Shown: positions 10,247-21,535, counted from the first letter of the stretch. The stretch is 64,000 nucleotides of DNA from an uncultured Candidatus Saccharibacteria bacterium (GCA_964584895.1 CAZPAW010000002.1:66748-130747); one strand, 5' to 3'. Numbers and translations: made by a program. The notes: generated by a model from the letters alone, not told the origin.

Positions 10247-11706
10247 AAAATAACAAGATAGCGACAATTAACGGATACTATCCCACGATTGGCATAGAAT
10301 GTCATGTGCAATTAAAAACGAATACTAAACTGTTTGCTGGAGTAGATAATGATGCGCGTTCAGCCAGTCCAAATTCTCTTATTAGCCACATATGTCTTGG
10401 TCTGCCAGGTGCCCTACCTGTTCTTAATGAAAATGCAGTAGAACTAGCTTCAAAAGCTGCATTTGCCCTTAATACGACTCCTTCTAAGTTCAGTAAGTTT
10501 GATCGTAAACATTATTTTTATCCTGACTTACCGAATGGATATCAGATAACACAATTCGATGAACCTATTATTATTGGAGGTCATGTTGATATATCGATAA
10601 AAGGTGAGAAAAAAACAATTGGTATCACAAGAGCACATCTTGAAGCTGATGCTGGAAAATCAACACATCCAGCCGTTGGGGATTATAGTTTAGTTGATTT
10701 AAATAGAGCAGGCACGCCACTTATTGAAATAGTCTCGGAACCAGATATGCATTCACCAGCTGAGGCAAAAGCTTTCGTAAAAGAACTCTTTCTTCTTATG
10801 AAATATGCTGACGTATCAGAAGCGAATTTGTTTTATGGAAATATGAGATTTGATGTTAATGTCTCAGTATCCAAAGATCCTAATAAGCTCGGAACTAGGA
10901 GTGAAACAAAAAATCTTAATTCGTTTAAATCAGTCGAGAAAGCGGTAGAATTTGAGATTAAACGTCAAATCGATTTGCTTGAGCATAACAAACCTGTCGT
11001 CCAGGAGACTAGAGGTTTTGATGATGCAAAACAAAAAACTTTTTCACAAAGATCAAAAGAAGATGCTCACGACTATCGTTATTTTCCAGATCCCGACTTA
11101 CCACCAGTTATCATTTCTCAAGAAACTATCAGCCGAATAAAAAATACCATGCCAATTCTACCTTCTGAATTAAGGTCAAAATTGCAACACCTTAATTTAG
11201 ATAAGTCGGTTATAGAAACGCTTGTTGAACATATTGTTGCAGGAAAATTTATCCAAAAAATTATAAATATGACTAACGAAATTGATTTACAAAGAAAAAT
11301 TGCTTTATGGTTGGCGACAGATGTTCAATCTCACGTTGTTGATAATAAAAAAGATTGGGCAGATCTACGGCTCGATTGCGATTCTTGGATAATGCTAGCT
11401 ACGATGGTTCGGGAAAATCAGCTAAGCTCAACGAATGCGAAAACCATTATAAATTCTATGATAAACGGCGTAACTGACCCGATGAAGCTAGCAAAAGAGA
11501 AAGATTTACTACAGGCTCAAGATGATGAATTTATCGATACAATTATAGAACGGGTGATGGTTGAAAATCCGAAAGCATGCGAAGATATCAAGAACGGCCA
11601 AGAAAAAGCCATCGGTTTTTTACTTGGACAAATTATGAGGCTGTCTAACGGCAAAGCCAATCCGGGCTTAGTAAAAACTAAAATTAAATCTCGGCTTAAT
11701 AAATGA
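10243..11706 (+). CDS. gatB: Glu/Asp-tRNA amidotransferase subunit B
   Basis: 487 aa. GatB N-terminal motifs (IGIECHVQL, HYFYPDLP) and a C-terminal GatB/YqeY domain. Confidence 0.95.
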   Translation: MKNNKIATINGYYPTIGIECHVQLKTNTKLFAGVDNDARSASPNSLISHICLGLPGALPVLNENAVELASKAAFALNTTPSKFSKFDRKHYFYPDLPNGYQITQFDEPIIIGGHVDISIKGEKKTIGITRAHLEADAGKSTHPAVGDYSLVDLNRAGTPLIEIVSEPDMHSPAEAKAFVKELFLLMKYADVSEANLFYGNMRFDVNVSVSKDPNKLGTRSETKNLNSFKSVEKAVEFEIKRQIDLLEHNKPVVQETRGFDDAKQKTFSQRSKEDAHDYRYFPDPDLPPVIISQETISRIKNTMPILPSELRSKLQHLNLDKSVIETLVEHIVAGKFIQKIINMTNEIDLQRKIALWLATDVQSHVVDNKKDWADLRLDCDSWIMLATMVRENQLSSTNAKTIINSMINGVTDPMKLAKEKDLLQAQDDEFIDTIIERVMVENPKACEDIKNGQEKAIGFLLGQIMRLSNGKANPGLVKTKIKSRLNK

Positions 11707-12590
11707 GCAACTATAAACCTGTAACAAAAGCAATTATTGCTGCGGCCGGCCTAGGTACTAGGTTTTTGCCACAAACAAAAGCGATGCCTAAAGAAATGTT
11801 GCCTATTATCGATAAACCGGTTATTCAATTAATAGTTGAAGAGGCGGTAGCAGCTGGGGTAACGGACATAATAATAGTAACGGGTAGCACTAAACGAGCT
11901 ATAGAAGATCATTTCGATAGGGCAGTAGAGCTAGAAGATCAACTCCAAAGAAGTGGGAAAAAAGATGCAGCCCAGGAAATTAAACAAGTAGCTGAACTTG
12001 CAAACTTTATTTATTTACGACAAAAAGGTAGTCCACGAGGTAACGCAAGACCCGTACTAAACGCATCACATTTGATAGGTGAAGAACCGTTCTTTGTTTT
12101 TTTTGCAGACGATTTCTTTAGATCAAAAGTACCTCGTGCTAAGCAGTTACTTGACGTATATCTAAAAACTGGAAAATCTGTGATTTCATCAATTGAAGTA
12201 GAGCCACAAGATTATTCAAAGTATGGAATGATTAAGCCAGGAAATTCGGTTGATATTGATACTTTTGTCGTGAAAGAGCTTGTAGAAAAACCAGAAAAAG
12301 ATAATAGCCCATCTAATATGGCTTCAGTTGGCGGCTATTTATTGACTCCGGAAATACTCCCACTAATAAATAAAGAAAAAGTAAGTGCGCGCGGCGAGAT
12401 TGAGTTGTCTGAGTCTATTAATGAATTATCAAAAATCGACAAAGTATATTCGAAAAAAATCGACGGAATCTATCATGACACTGGAGATAAACAAAAATAC
12501 CTAGAAGCAATTGTTGATTCAGCCTTGAGCGATAAGTCTATAGGGGCTGTATTTCGTGATTATCTTGAGAAAAGATTAAAAAAGGACTAA
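11703..12590 (+). CDS. galU: UTP-glucose-1-phosphate uridylyltransferase
   Basis: 295 aa with the motif AAGLGTRFLPQTKAMPKEMLPI. Confidence 0.9.
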   Translation: MSNYKPVTKAIIAAAGLGTRFLPQTKAMPKEMLPIIDKPVIQLIVEEAVAAGVTDIIIVTGSTKRAIEDHFDRAVELEDQLQRSGKKDAAQEIKQVAELANFIYLRQKGSPRGNARPVLNASHLIGEEPFFVFFADDFFRSKVPRAKQLLDVYLKTGKSVISSIEVEPQDYSKYGMIKPGNSVDIDTFVVKELVEKPEKDNSPSNMASVGGYLLTPEILPLINKEKVSARGEIELSESINELSKIDKVYSKKIDGIYHDTGDKQKYLEAIVDSALSDKSIGAVFRDYLEKRLKKD

Positions 12591-12599
12591 AATACTGTT

Positions 12600-12860
12600 A
12601 TGGATTCATTCGATATTTTAGTAATTATTCTCTCTATCGCACTTGCAATATTCTTAGTAACCGCAATCGTTCTTGCGATTGGGCTAGTAAAGCTAGTTAA
12701 ACAGCTAAGAGTAATAACCTCAAAAGCAGAAGAAATAGTCGATGATGTTGAAGTAGTAAGTGGTTTTTTTAGAAAATCAGCTGCGCCTGTGGCGATAACT
12801 TCTTTACTTAGTAATATCGTATCGAAAATAACTGAACATAATAAAAAGGGGAAAAATTAA
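12600..12860 (+). CDS. Small membrane protein, DUF948-like
   Basis: 86 aa with an N-terminal TM followed by a helical region. Sits next to a YtxH-like gene, as in Firmicutes. TAAAAT lies 6 nt upstream of the ATG. Confidence 0.55.
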   Translation: MDSFDILVIILSIALAIFLVTAIVLAIGLVKLVKQLRVITSKAEEIVDDVEVVSGFFRKSAAPVAITSLLSNIVSKITEHNKKGKN

Positions 12861-13276
12861 TGAAAAAAAATAATGACGGTGGAAAAAAATTAGCTTTGGG
12901 TGCTCTAATTGGAGTTGTCGCCGGTTTTTTAACCGGAATACTGACTGCACCAAAAAGCGGCAAAGAAACACGCGAAGATATTAAAAAAACGGCCAACAAA
13001 GCTAAAATCGAAGCTGAAAAAAAGCTTAAAAATCTACATAAAGAAATAGCAGTATTGCTAGATAAAGCAACAAACCTCGCAAATTCTAGTAGCAGTAAAA
13101 TTAAAAAAGAACTAGACAAAGCCATCGCAAACGCAAAAGAAACTCAGCAAAAAATAAAAGAAGTTATTTCTGCCATAAAAAATGGAGAAACTGACGAGCC
13201 TGAATTAAAAAAAGCGGTCGCAGAAGCTACTAAGGCTAAAGATCACTTAGCAAAATTTTTCAAACAAGATCGATAG
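12860..13276 (+). CDS. YtxH domain protein
   Basis: 138 aa with GALIGVVAGFLTGILTAPKSGKETREDIKK, typical of the YtxH family. Confidence 0.7.
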   Translation: MKKNNDGGKKLALGALIGVVAGFLTGILTAPKSGKETREDIKKTANKAKIEAEKKLKNLHKEIAVLLDKATNLANSSSSKIKKELDKAIANAKETQQKIKEVISAIKNGETDEPELKKAVAEATKAKDHLAKFFKQDR

Positions 13277-13341
13277 TCTGTAAGTAAAAATTACATCTAT
13301 AAACTTTCGCTAAGACCACGGCTATTTCATATAATAATATT

Positions 13342-16300
13342 ATGAATAAGGTTTCTTTGACTGGCAAAGATTTTGTACATTTGCATAATCACACTCATCA
13401 CAGTCTTCTTGATGGATTAACTAAAATACCAGCATTAATTGATCATATAAAGAAATTCGGCATGGAAGCAGTAGCGATGACTGATCATGGAACCCTTTCT
13501 GGAGCGATTGATTTCTACATTAACGCTGTTAATAATGAAATTAAACCAATAATTGGTATTGAAACATATGTAGCCGCTAGAAAACATACTGATAAAGAGC
13601 CAGGTAAAGATAAACCTAATTTTCATTTAATTTTACTAGCCAAAAACAACAAGGGCTATCAGAACCTGCTTCGTTTAAGCACAATAGCAAACCTAGAAGG
13701 TTTTTATTATAAAGCAAGAATTGATCGAGAATTATTAAAAAAATATAACGAAGGTCTTATTGTTCTTAGTGGATGTATCGGAGGTGAGCTAGGGGACGCG
13801 TTAAGAAATGGTCAACAAAAAAAAGCCGAAGAAATTGCATTGTGGTATAAAAACATTTTTGGAGACAGATATTTTCTTGAAGTACAAGATCATGGACATC
13901 CAGACCATCCTTCGAAGTGGGATCAACAAGTAGAAGTGAATAAAAAGACCCTAGAACTAGGAAAAAAACTAAAAATAAAATGCGTATTGACTTGCGATGC
14001 ACATTATTTAAATAAGGAGGACCAAGAAGCTCACGAAATACTTCTTTGTGTGCAAACAGGCTCTTTTATCAATGACGAAAATCGCATGAGCTTAAAGGAC
14101 TTTGATTTGCACGTAACTGATCCTAAAGAGTTAATTGAACGGTGGGGGAAAACTAATCCTGAACTTATTAAAAATACTAGATTGATTGCAGATCAGTGCA
14201 AAGTAGAACTTGATTTAGGAAAAATCTTAATACCAAAATTTCCTGTTCCAAAAGGAGAATCTGAAAAGTCGTACTTAGCTAAAAAAGTCTACAAAGGACT
14301 TGCGATACGTTACGCTAAAGACAAAAATTCTTCTGTAAAAAAGCAAACTAGCATTAATGATTACATAAAAATACTTCCAAACGATGTTAAAACTAGGGCC
14401 GAATTCGAACTTAATGTTATAGATAGTATGGGTTTTAATGGATATTTTTTAATTATTGAAGATTTTATAAATTGGGGAAAAAGCCAATCTATCGTATTTG
14501 GACCAGGCCGCGGTTCGGCTGCTGGATCGATAATAGCTTATGCTCTAAAGATTACGGAGTTAGATCCCCTGAAATATGATTTGTTGTTTGAAAGATTTTT
14601 AAATCCAGAAAGAATTTCTATGCCTGATATCGATATCGACATACAAGATACCCGTAGAGACGAAGTAATTCAATACTGTGTAGCAAAATATGGCGAAAAT
14701 CGTGTGGCAAATATAGTGACTTTCGGTACAATGGCTGCTCGAAATGCAGTTCGGGATGTGGCTAGAGTCCTAGAAGTGCCATATTCAGAGGCTGATAGGT
14801 TGGCGAAGATGATACCTCCGCCTGTTCAGGGTAGACATATACCTTTAAAGACTAGCTTAGTTGATAACTCAGACCTTAAAAAAGAATATGAGACTAACGA
14901 TACAGCTAAAACAATATTTGATTTAGCAACAAAACTAGAGGGTACAATCCGGTCCCACGGCGTACATGCTGCCGGTGTTGTGATAGCACCTGACGATATT
15001 GTAAAGTTTACCCCTTTAGAAATGGCTCAAAAAGGTGTAGTTGCGACTCAATATCCAATGAATCCTATTGAAGAATTAGGATTGTTGAAAATGGATTTTC
15101 TAGGGCTATCCAATTTGACGATCATAAAAAATACTCTCAGGATAATAAAAAAGGTATCAAAAATTGACATAGACTTGACTGACTTACCTTTAGACGACAA
15201 GAAGACGTTCGAATTACTTGGAAGAGGTGATACTACTGGGGTTTTTCAATTTGAATCAGCTGGTATGAAGCGCTATTTACGGCAATTAAAACCAGAGGTC
15301 TTTGAAGATATTGTTGCAATGGGCGCATTATATAGACCGGGGCCCTTAACCGCTGGGCTAACTGATAAATTTATAGCTCGAAAAAACGGTTTAGAAAAAG
15401 TTAGTTTCGAACATCCTTTGATGAAAAAAGCTTTAGGCAGTACTTACGGTGTGTTGGTTTATCAAGAACAAGTTATGAGAATTGCGCGTGATATGTGCGG
15501 ATTTTCAGGAGGTCAGGCAGACACATTAAGAAAAGCGATTGGTAAGAAAAAACTAGATTTAATGGCTAAAATGAAAATCGAGTTTGTTGACGGTATGGTG
15601 TCGAATTCTGGAGTAGATAAAACTTTTGCTAAGAAATTCTGGAAAGATCTTGAAGGCTTCGCTGATTACGCATTTAATAAATCGCATTCAGCTTGTTATG
15701 GCTTAATCTCGTACCAAACTGCTTATTTGAAAGCGCATTACCCGAATGCTTTTATGGCGGCACTAATGACTAGTGATTATGATGATACGGATAGGCTGGC
15801 AATCGAGATTAAGGAATGTCAACATATGGGGGTCGAAGTACAGCCACCGAATGTTAACGAATCATTTTTAGAGTTTGCAGTGGTTCCCGGTTCGAATCAG
15901 ATTAGATTTGGTCTAAGTGCTGTTAAGAATGTCGGTTCAGCAGCTGCAGAAGAAATAGTTAGAGCACGAGAAAAAGTCGGTCTATTCAAATCGCTTGAAG
16001 ATTTCTTTAAAACAGTAAATTCTAGAATAGTTAACAAAAAAACTGTAGAAAGTCTAATCAAATCGGGAGGATTCGATGATTTTGGAGACAGAGAATTCTT
16101 GTTAAATAACATCGATATCTTACTGGCATTTGGTCAAAAATTTCAAAAAGATGATAACTCTGGCCAAATAGACTTATTTGGCTCTGATAAAGATCAATAT
16201 GCTTCAACAAAACCGTCATTAAATCTTGGAGACTCTTCTACCGAAACTCCAACAAAACAGAAATTACTTTGGGAGAGAGAATTATTGGGACTGTATCTGT

Positions 16301-16950
16301 CGGAGCATCCACTAGATAAATATAAGGATATGTTTGAAGAAACAGTTGTACAGATAGATCAGTTAAAGCCTGAACACCATAATAAAACTGTAAAAGTTGG
16401 AGGTGTTGTCATTTCTGAAAAAGAGATTATTACAAAAAATGGACAAAAAATGGCGTTCGTGCAACTGGCTGATCATAATAACGAGATAGAGTTGGTAGTT
16501 TTTCCTTCAATACACCAACAAACAGTTGGTTTGTGGGAACGAGATAAAATACTTTCAGTTAGCGGCAAAATAAGCGCTAGAACTAAACAAGGGGATCCAG
16601 ATGATTTAAAAATTTTAGTTGATGAGGCCAGAGAAATATCCGTTGAACAAGCCGAGGCATATCAAAAAACAGGGAAAAGAAAAAAACCTCCAAAAGAAAA
16701 CAAAATAAAGAATACTGATTCTAGGTCAAAAAAGTTATATATCAGGATAACGGATTCAAATGACACAGAAAAACTGCAAATAATCAAAAAAAATATTGAC
16801 GAAAATAGTGGCGCTACCGAAGTTATTTTAGTTGTAGGACGAAATAACGAAAAAAAGGCAATAAAGCTACCATCCAAGGTCGAAATAAATGATAATATTA
16901 TTTCAAAGTTTAGTGAAGTTGTTGGAGCTGAAAACTGTAAACTTTATTGA
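13342..16950 (+). CDS. dnaE: DNA polymerase III alpha subunit
   Basis: 1202 aa. N-terminal PHP domain (HLHNHTHHSLLDG), polymerase core, OB fold, plus a basic C-terminal extension. Confidence 0.97.
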   Translation: MNKVSLTGKDFVHLHNHTHHSLLDGLTKIPALIDHIKKFGMEAVAMTDHGTLSGAIDFYINAVNNEIKPIIGIETYVAARKHTDKEPGKDKPNFHLILLAKNNKGYQNLLRLSTIANLEGFYYKARIDRELLKKYNEGLIVLSGCIGGELGDALRNGQQKKAEEIALWYKNIFGDRYFLEVQDHGHPDHPSKWDQQVEVNKKTLELGKKLKIKCVLTCDAHYLNKEDQEAHEILLCVQTGSFINDENRMSLKDFDLHVTDPKELIERWGKTNPELIKNTRLIADQCKVELDLGKILIPKFPVPKGESEKSYLAKKVYKGLAIRYAKDKNSSVKKQTSINDYIKILPNDVKTRAEFELNVIDSMGFNGYFLIIEDFINWGKSQSIVFGPGRGSAAGSIIAYALKITELDPLKYDLLFERFLNPERISMPDIDIDIQDTRRDEVIQYCVAKYGENRVANIVTFGTMAARNAVRDVARVLEVPYSEADRLAKMIPPPVQGRHIPLKTSLVDNSDLKKEYETNDTAKTIFDLATKLEGTIRSHGVHAAGVVIAPDDIVKFTPLEMAQKGVVATQYPMNPIEELGLLKMDFLGLSNLTIIKNTLRIIKKVSKIDIDLTDLPLDDKKTFELLGRGDTTGVFQFESAGMKRYLRQLKPEVFEDIVAMGALYRPGPLTAGLTDKFIARKNGLEKVSFEHPLMKKALGSTYGVLVYQEQVMRIARDMCGFSGGQADTLRKAIGKKKLDLMAKMKIEFVDGMVSNSGVDKTFAKKFWKDLEGFADYAFNKSHSACYGLISYQTAYLKAHYPNAFMAALMTSDYDDTDRLAIEIKECQHMGVEVQPPNVNESFLEFAVVPGSNQIRFGLSAVKNVGSAAAEEIVRAREKVGLFKSLEDFFKTVNSRIVNKKTVESLIKSGGFDDFGDREFLLNNIDILLAFGQKFQKDDNSGQIDLFGSDKDQYASTKPSLNLGDSSTETPTKQKLLWERELLGLYLSEHPLDKYKDMFEETVVQIDQLKPEHHNKTVKVGGVVISEKEIITKNGQKMAFVQLADHNNEIELVVFPSIHQQTVGLWERDKILSVSGKISARTKQGDPDDLKILVDEAREISVEQAEAYQKTGKRKKPPKENKIKNTDSRSKKLYIRITDSNDTEKLQIIKKNIDENSGATEVILVVGRNNEKKAIKLPSKVEINDNIISKFSEVVGAENCKLY

Positions 16951-16971
16951 TTTTTGGTTGTTATTAAAAAA

Positions 16972-17937
16972 TCAAAGGATAACGCCAATTTTTTGACTGA
17001 CTAGTAGACAAAGAACTATTAGCGAAATAAGCGTAACGTCAAATAATGGATTTTTTACAATGTAACGTTCGCCCTTTGAAATCATTTTTCTTATTTGGTT
17101 TCCGTGTTTAAGTAATAGGTAGATAGATATACCTCCAAGCACAAAACTAATTACATATTTTAACCATGAGTAGTTAGCGCCTGTAATGACTTGAAGTCGG
17201 GTTATATTAACATTTTCTGCGTCGCTAGTTTTACTTCCTAAAGTTGTGTTATAGCCTATGCTTCGACGAGATTCGGTTGTGCTAAATGAACCGACTGGAC
17301 TTTTTTCAGGTTTGGCGTAAAGTGCAACTACTACTGTAGTAGGACCTTCGTTTAAGTAGTCCGAACTATTAGCATAGCCAAATCCAACTTCACTGTAATT
17401 TTCATCCAAAACATTCTCTTTATGACTTTGACTATTTAACCAACCTGATACAACTTGACTCGAATCGAAAAATCCGTAGGCTAGATTCTCGCCAGCTTTT
17501 TTGTACTTGTAGTTAAATTTATTTACGAAGGTCCAAGGAGTCTTTCCATCAGGAGTGTCGTGAGACCAGTAGTTTCTTCTAGTCATATCTTCTGCCTTGG
17601 CTTGAGCGGCTTTTGTCAATCTTGAATTTATTTTAAGAGGTTTTTTGTTGTTTTTGGATCGAGCTTCGTTGGTTGAGTCAAGGAGTCCAGAAGGGCTAAC
17701 GTTTGTAGCGTATGCCAGAACACCAATATTATTCGAACTTGTTCGCCATGGCTGCACAATTGATACAATCAATAACAATATTACCAATAATGGCAAGTAT
17801 GGATAGTATGGCTTCAGAAAGCTTTTTGATTTTGATTGTTTGGGCCGAAGATTTGAGTGTAATTTAGTTTTTGGCGCTAAGCTTACTTCTCTATATTTTT
17901 TGTTTTTCTTCGTTTTTGCGCCCCTTTGGTGCGACAT
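16972..17937 (-). CDS. Membrane-anchored CAP/SCP (YkwD-like) domain protein
   Basis: 321 aa. CAP-domain motifs are present (NYWSHDTPDG, GENLAYGF, SGWLNSQSHKENVLD). TM segments near the N- and C-termini. Confidence 0.7.
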   Translation of the reverse strand: MSHQRGAKTKKNKKYREVSLAPKTKLHSNLRPKQSKSKSFLKPYYPYLPLLVILLLIVSIVQPWRTSSNNIGVLAYATNVSPSGLLDSTNEARSKNNKKPLKINSRLTKAAQAKAEDMTRRNYWSHDTPDGKTPWTFVNKFNYKYKKAGENLAYGFFDSSQVVSGWLNSQSHKENVLDENYSEVGFGYANSSDYLNEGPTTVVVALYAKPEKSPVGSFSTTESRRSIGYNTTLGSKTSDAENVNITRLQVITGANYSWLKYVISFVLGGISIYLLLKHGNQIRKMISKGERYIVKNPLFDVTLISLIVLCLLVSQKIGVIL

Positions 17938-17952
17938 AGTATTATTATAACA

Positions 17953-18465
17953 CTAATGTTTATTTTGAGAAATGACTTTTAGCTGATACATAGCAATCGC
18001 TGAGGCTTGGGAAACATTGAACGATTCTTTTGCTCCGAACATCGGAATTTCAACAATTTTATCACATAAAGATAATACATCTCGATCCAAACCATCGACT
18101 TCATTACCTAATAAAATTGCAATATCATTGTTCGACTTGTAGTCATTTAACGGTAATGATTTTTTATCTTGTTCTAGTGCGATAATGTCAATTTTATCCG
18201 TTTTTAATTTCTCTATTAGATTGATTAATTCTAGACAATGGGACCATTGAACGTTATTTTCAGCACCTAAGGCCGTTTTCGTTATTTGATTAGATATTTT
18301 ATAAGCTATGTGAGGAAGTCGTAAATCATTTTTTTGCGCCGGGTATGGAGTGTATCCTGTAAAATAAATATGACTAATACCAAAACCGTCTGCAGTTCTC
18401 ATTATCGAGCCCACGTTATGAGCGCTACGAATATTATGTAAAATTAACGAAATTCTATTACTCAT
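17953..18465 (-). CDS. SpoU/TrmH-family RNA 2'-O-methyltransferase
   Basis: 170 aa with SPOUT knot motifs (LLGNEVDGL, IPMFGAKESFNVSQASAIAMY). Confidence 0.85.
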   Translation of the reverse strand: MSNRISLILHNIRSAHNVGSIMRTADGFGISHIYFTGYTPYPAQKNDLRLPHIAYKISNQITKTALGAENNVQWSHCLELINLIEKLKTDKIDIIALEQDKKSLPLNDYKSNNDIAILLGNEVDGLDRDVLSLCDKIVEIPMFGAKESFNVSQASAIAMYQLKVISQNKH

Positions 18466-18514
18466 TTATATTTATTATATGACTATTTGTCGTAATTGAG
18501 GTGCTTATGGTTAA

Positions 18515-20128
18515 ATGATATACATGAGCGATGATGCTAGAAGAGACGAAGAACAGGCAACGCTAAAGCGTGCCAGTATACTTGGACTCGATTACACTGA
18601 TACAAGTGCAATACAAAATAAACAATTGTTTAAAGATATATTAACGATAAATGAATTAGAGTCTATGAGGGTCGTGCCAATTAGCTCTGACAGATTTAAT
18701 ATTAAGTTTGGTGTAACAAATACCACTTCACAGCAGACAACTTCTCAGTTAAAACAAAGATTTTCTGACCAACGTGTAGAATTTACATTGATTTCTGACA
18801 GTGGTTTCAGGGATTACATGAGATTGTACAATCCGCCTCGCAAGATTGTATATCAGAATATAGAATTAACTAATGCAGGGACAGAAGAACTCGTCAGGAG
18901 CGTATCTTCGTCGTTAGAGCAGGTTAGAGCAGACGATATGTTGGCTTATCTAGTGTCCCAAGCCCATAAACTAAACGCTTCAGACATTCATATCGAAAAT
19001 CAACGTGATAATGTTAGGGTTCGATTCAGGATTGACGGGGTCTTGCATCCTATCGCAAAATTAACCCAACAAAAGAATAGAATCTTACTTTCGGCAGTTG
19101 CTAGTGCTGCTAATGTTAGTACTGCCGCTGAAGATGCCCAACAAGGTCACATATCAGAAAAAATTAGTATGGCTGATGGATCCTTTGTGAATGTAAATTT
19201 ACGAATCGAAACGGTCCCAACTATTAACGGTATGGACGTAGTTATGAGACTATTTAATCTTAAAGAAGATATGTATACGTTAGACAAGCTGGGTTTGAGT
19301 CAAAAAGAACGAAAAGTTGTCGATGATATTATCGCAAAACCTAGTGGGTTGGTATTAGCTGTGGGTCCTACGGGATCCGGTAAAACGACCACTCTGTACT
19401 CTATGCTAAATACTTTAAATATTGATACCCGTAAGATTATTACAATTGAAGATCCTGTAGAGTATCAATTCGGGGGTATAACTCAAATTCCAGTCAGGTC
19501 AACAAGTGGTCAAGAGACAAAATTTGCAGACAAATTGCGGGCAGTACTTAGGCTTGATCCAGATGTAGTGATGGTTGGCGAAATAAGGGATCTAGATACT
19601 GCAAAAACTGCCCTTCAAGCCTCACTGACCGGCCATTTAGTGCTTTCTACGTTTCACGCAGGCTCTGCAGCAGCGGCCTTGACGCGAATTTTGGATGTAA
19701 TTGAAGAGAATCCATTGCTAGCAACTGCTATAAGGCTAGTTATGGCACAAAGGCTGGTGCGAAAATTAGACGATAGCTCAAAGGTAGCGTATAAACCAAC
19801 TGAGGCGGAGTTAGATCATATTCAAAAAGTGATAGCTACACTTCCATCAGATGTTACAAAACCAAATCTCGATCAGTTACAGTTATATCGCCCAGGAAAA
19901 ACCGCAGACAATCTATATGGATTTAAGGGTCAGATTCCTTTGCGTGAACAGTTTTTAATGAATGATAATATAATCGCAGTTTTACAAAAAGGTGCTAGTG
20001 GTACATCTACAAAAGATATCGAAAATGTTGCTGTGACGAGTGGCATGGTAACAATGTTACAAGACGGAATTTTGAAAGTATGTGCCGGATTAACAACTCT
20101 AGAAGAAGTTGCTAGAGTGGTCGGCTAA
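18515..20128 (+). CDS. pilB: Type IV pilus / type II secretion assembly ATPase (GspE/PilB family)
   Basis: 537 aa with Walker A GPTGSGKTT and Asp/His boxes. The start could be ATG 18524. Confidence 0.9.
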   Translation: MIYMSDDARRDEEQATLKRASILGLDYTDTSAIQNKQLFKDILTINELESMRVVPISSDRFNIKFGVTNTTSQQTTSQLKQRFSDQRVEFTLISDSGFRDYMRLYNPPRKIVYQNIELTNAGTEELVRSVSSSLEQVRADDMLAYLVSQAHKLNASDIHIENQRDNVRVRFRIDGVLHPIAKLTQQKNRILLSAVASAANVSTAAEDAQQGHISEKISMADGSFVNVNLRIETVPTINGMDVVMRLFNLKEDMYTLDKLGLSQKERKVVDDIIAKPSGLVLAVGPTGSGKTTTLYSMLNTLNIDTRKIITIEDPVEYQFGGITQIPVRSTSGQETKFADKLRAVLRLDPDVVMVGEIRDLDTAKTALQASLTGHLVLSTFHAGSAAAALTRILDVIEENPLLATAIRLVMAQRLVRKLDDSSKVAYKPTEAELDHIQKVIATLPSDVTKPNLDQLQLYRPGKTADNLYGFKGQIPLREQFLMNDNIIAVLQKGASGTSTKDIENVAVTSGMVTMLQDGILKVCAGLTTLEEVARVVG

Positions 20129-20307
20129 TTAACTGGCAAATTAGGCGGTATTTGTTTAGGTTTTGCTATCACCTCAAGACCAGCAATATAACCAACGTAA
20201 ATGTCATGAGGTAATAATTCTGCTGTATTATTTAGTTTTATTTCAGTTACAGGAACTGGTTGATCTGTAGATAATCTAGTTAAATCTTTTGGATTATCCA
20301 TTGTCAT
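20125..20307 (-). CDS. Hypothetical small protein (60 aa)
   Basis: ORF 4 nt downstream of the malic enzyme gene on the same strand. No recognisable motif or SD. Confidence 0.3.
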   Translation of the reverse strand: MTMDNPKDLTRLSTDQPVPVTEIKLNNTAELLPHDIYVGYIAGLEVIAKPKQIPPNLPVN

Positions 20308-20311
20308 TTTA

Positions 20312-21451
20312 TTACTTTATCACTTTCGAGATAACAGGGACCAGTCGACCGTCTAAAACGCTTGGGATTATGCAATCAGCTGTAGGATTTTCAACGAGTT
20401 TAGCAATAGTTTCTGCAGCAGCAATTTTGTGCTCATTTGTTATTTGACTTACTTTGTTATCAAGAGCTCCTCTGAAAATACCCGGAAATGCTAAGGCGTT
20501 ATTAACTTGGTTTGGAAAGTCACTTCTACCTGTGGCCATGATAGCTACACCTGCTTTTTTAGCTTGATCTGGCATTATTTCTGGTACAGGGTTAGCCATA
20601 GCAAAAATTATTGGATCTTTTGCCATAGTTTTTACCATTCGCTCTGATAAAAGGCCAGGCGCTGAGACGCCTATAAAAATATCTGCATTTGTTAGTGCGT
20701 TAGTTAGACTGCCAGATAGATTATTGTGATTTGTGTATTCTAGGAGTTTTTTCTTCTCACGGTTTAAATCTCTGCGATCTTTACTGATTATTCCCTTGCT
20801 ATCAACAACTAAAATTTCTGGCTTAGCATAGAGGTGTATTAGTTTCATTACAGCTGTTCCGGCTGCTCCTGCTCCGACCACTACAATCCGACATTTTGAT
20901 AAATCGCGTCTGGTTACTTTTATGGCATTGATAAGTCCAGCGAGGACTACTACTGCGGTCCCGTGTTGATCATCGTGAAAAACTGGTATTTTAAGCTCTT
21001 TTTTCAGTCTCTCCTCGACTTCGAAGCATATAGGAGCGGCAATGTCCTCTAGGTTAATCCCGCCGAAGCTTGGTGCAATGGCTTTGACTGTGGCGACTAT
21101 ATCATCAGCACTATGTACGTCGATAATAATCGGGATAGCATCAATGTTTGCAAAGTGCTTAAAAAGCATGGCCTTGCCTTCCATCACTGGTAATGCACCA
21201 TATGGTCCAATATTACCTAGCCCCAGAACTGCTGAGCCATCGCTGATTACTGCAACAGAGTTATTTAACCATGTATATTCACGTGTTTCGGATGGATGGC
21301 TAGCCACATAACTAGAAACAGCGGCTACACCTGGGGTGTAATAAGTGCTTAGTTTGTCGGGTGAATCTAGCTTATCTTTTAAAGATACTGATATTTTACC
21401 TTTTAGTTTTTTATGTTGATTAAGTGCTAGTTTTGCAAAATCTTTACCCAT
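20312..21451 (-). CDS. NAD(P)-dependent malic enzyme
   Basis: Malic-enzyme motifs are present (YTPGVA, GAGAAG NAD-binding). Start chosen at MGKDFAKLAL (21451) to avoid overlapping rplS. The ORF track extends to 21547. Confidence 0.9.
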   Translation of the reverse strand: MGKDFAKLALNQHKKLKGKISVSLKDKLDSPDKLSTYYTPGVAAVSSYVASHPSETREYTWLNNSVAVISDGSAVLGLGNIGPYGALPVMEGKAMLFKHFANIDAIPIIIDVHSADDIVATVKAIAPSFGGINLEDIAAPICFEVEERLKKELKIPVFHDDQHGTAVVVLAGLINAIKVTRRDLSKCRIVVVGAGAAGTAVMKLIHLYAKPEILVVDSKGIISKDRRDLNREKKKLLEYTNHNNLSGSLTNALTNADIFIGVSAPGLLSERMVKTMAKDPIIFAMANPVPEIMPDQAKKAGVAIMATGRSDFPNQVNNALAFPGIFRGALDNKVSQITNEHKIAAAETIAKLVENPTADCIIPSVLDGRLVPVISKVIK

Positions 21452-21535
21452 ATTAACTAATAATAACATGTTCGCAGTTATAACTGCTAACAGAGGTTGC
21501 ATTATTAATAACTTTAGTGTAAAGTGCATTAGTCT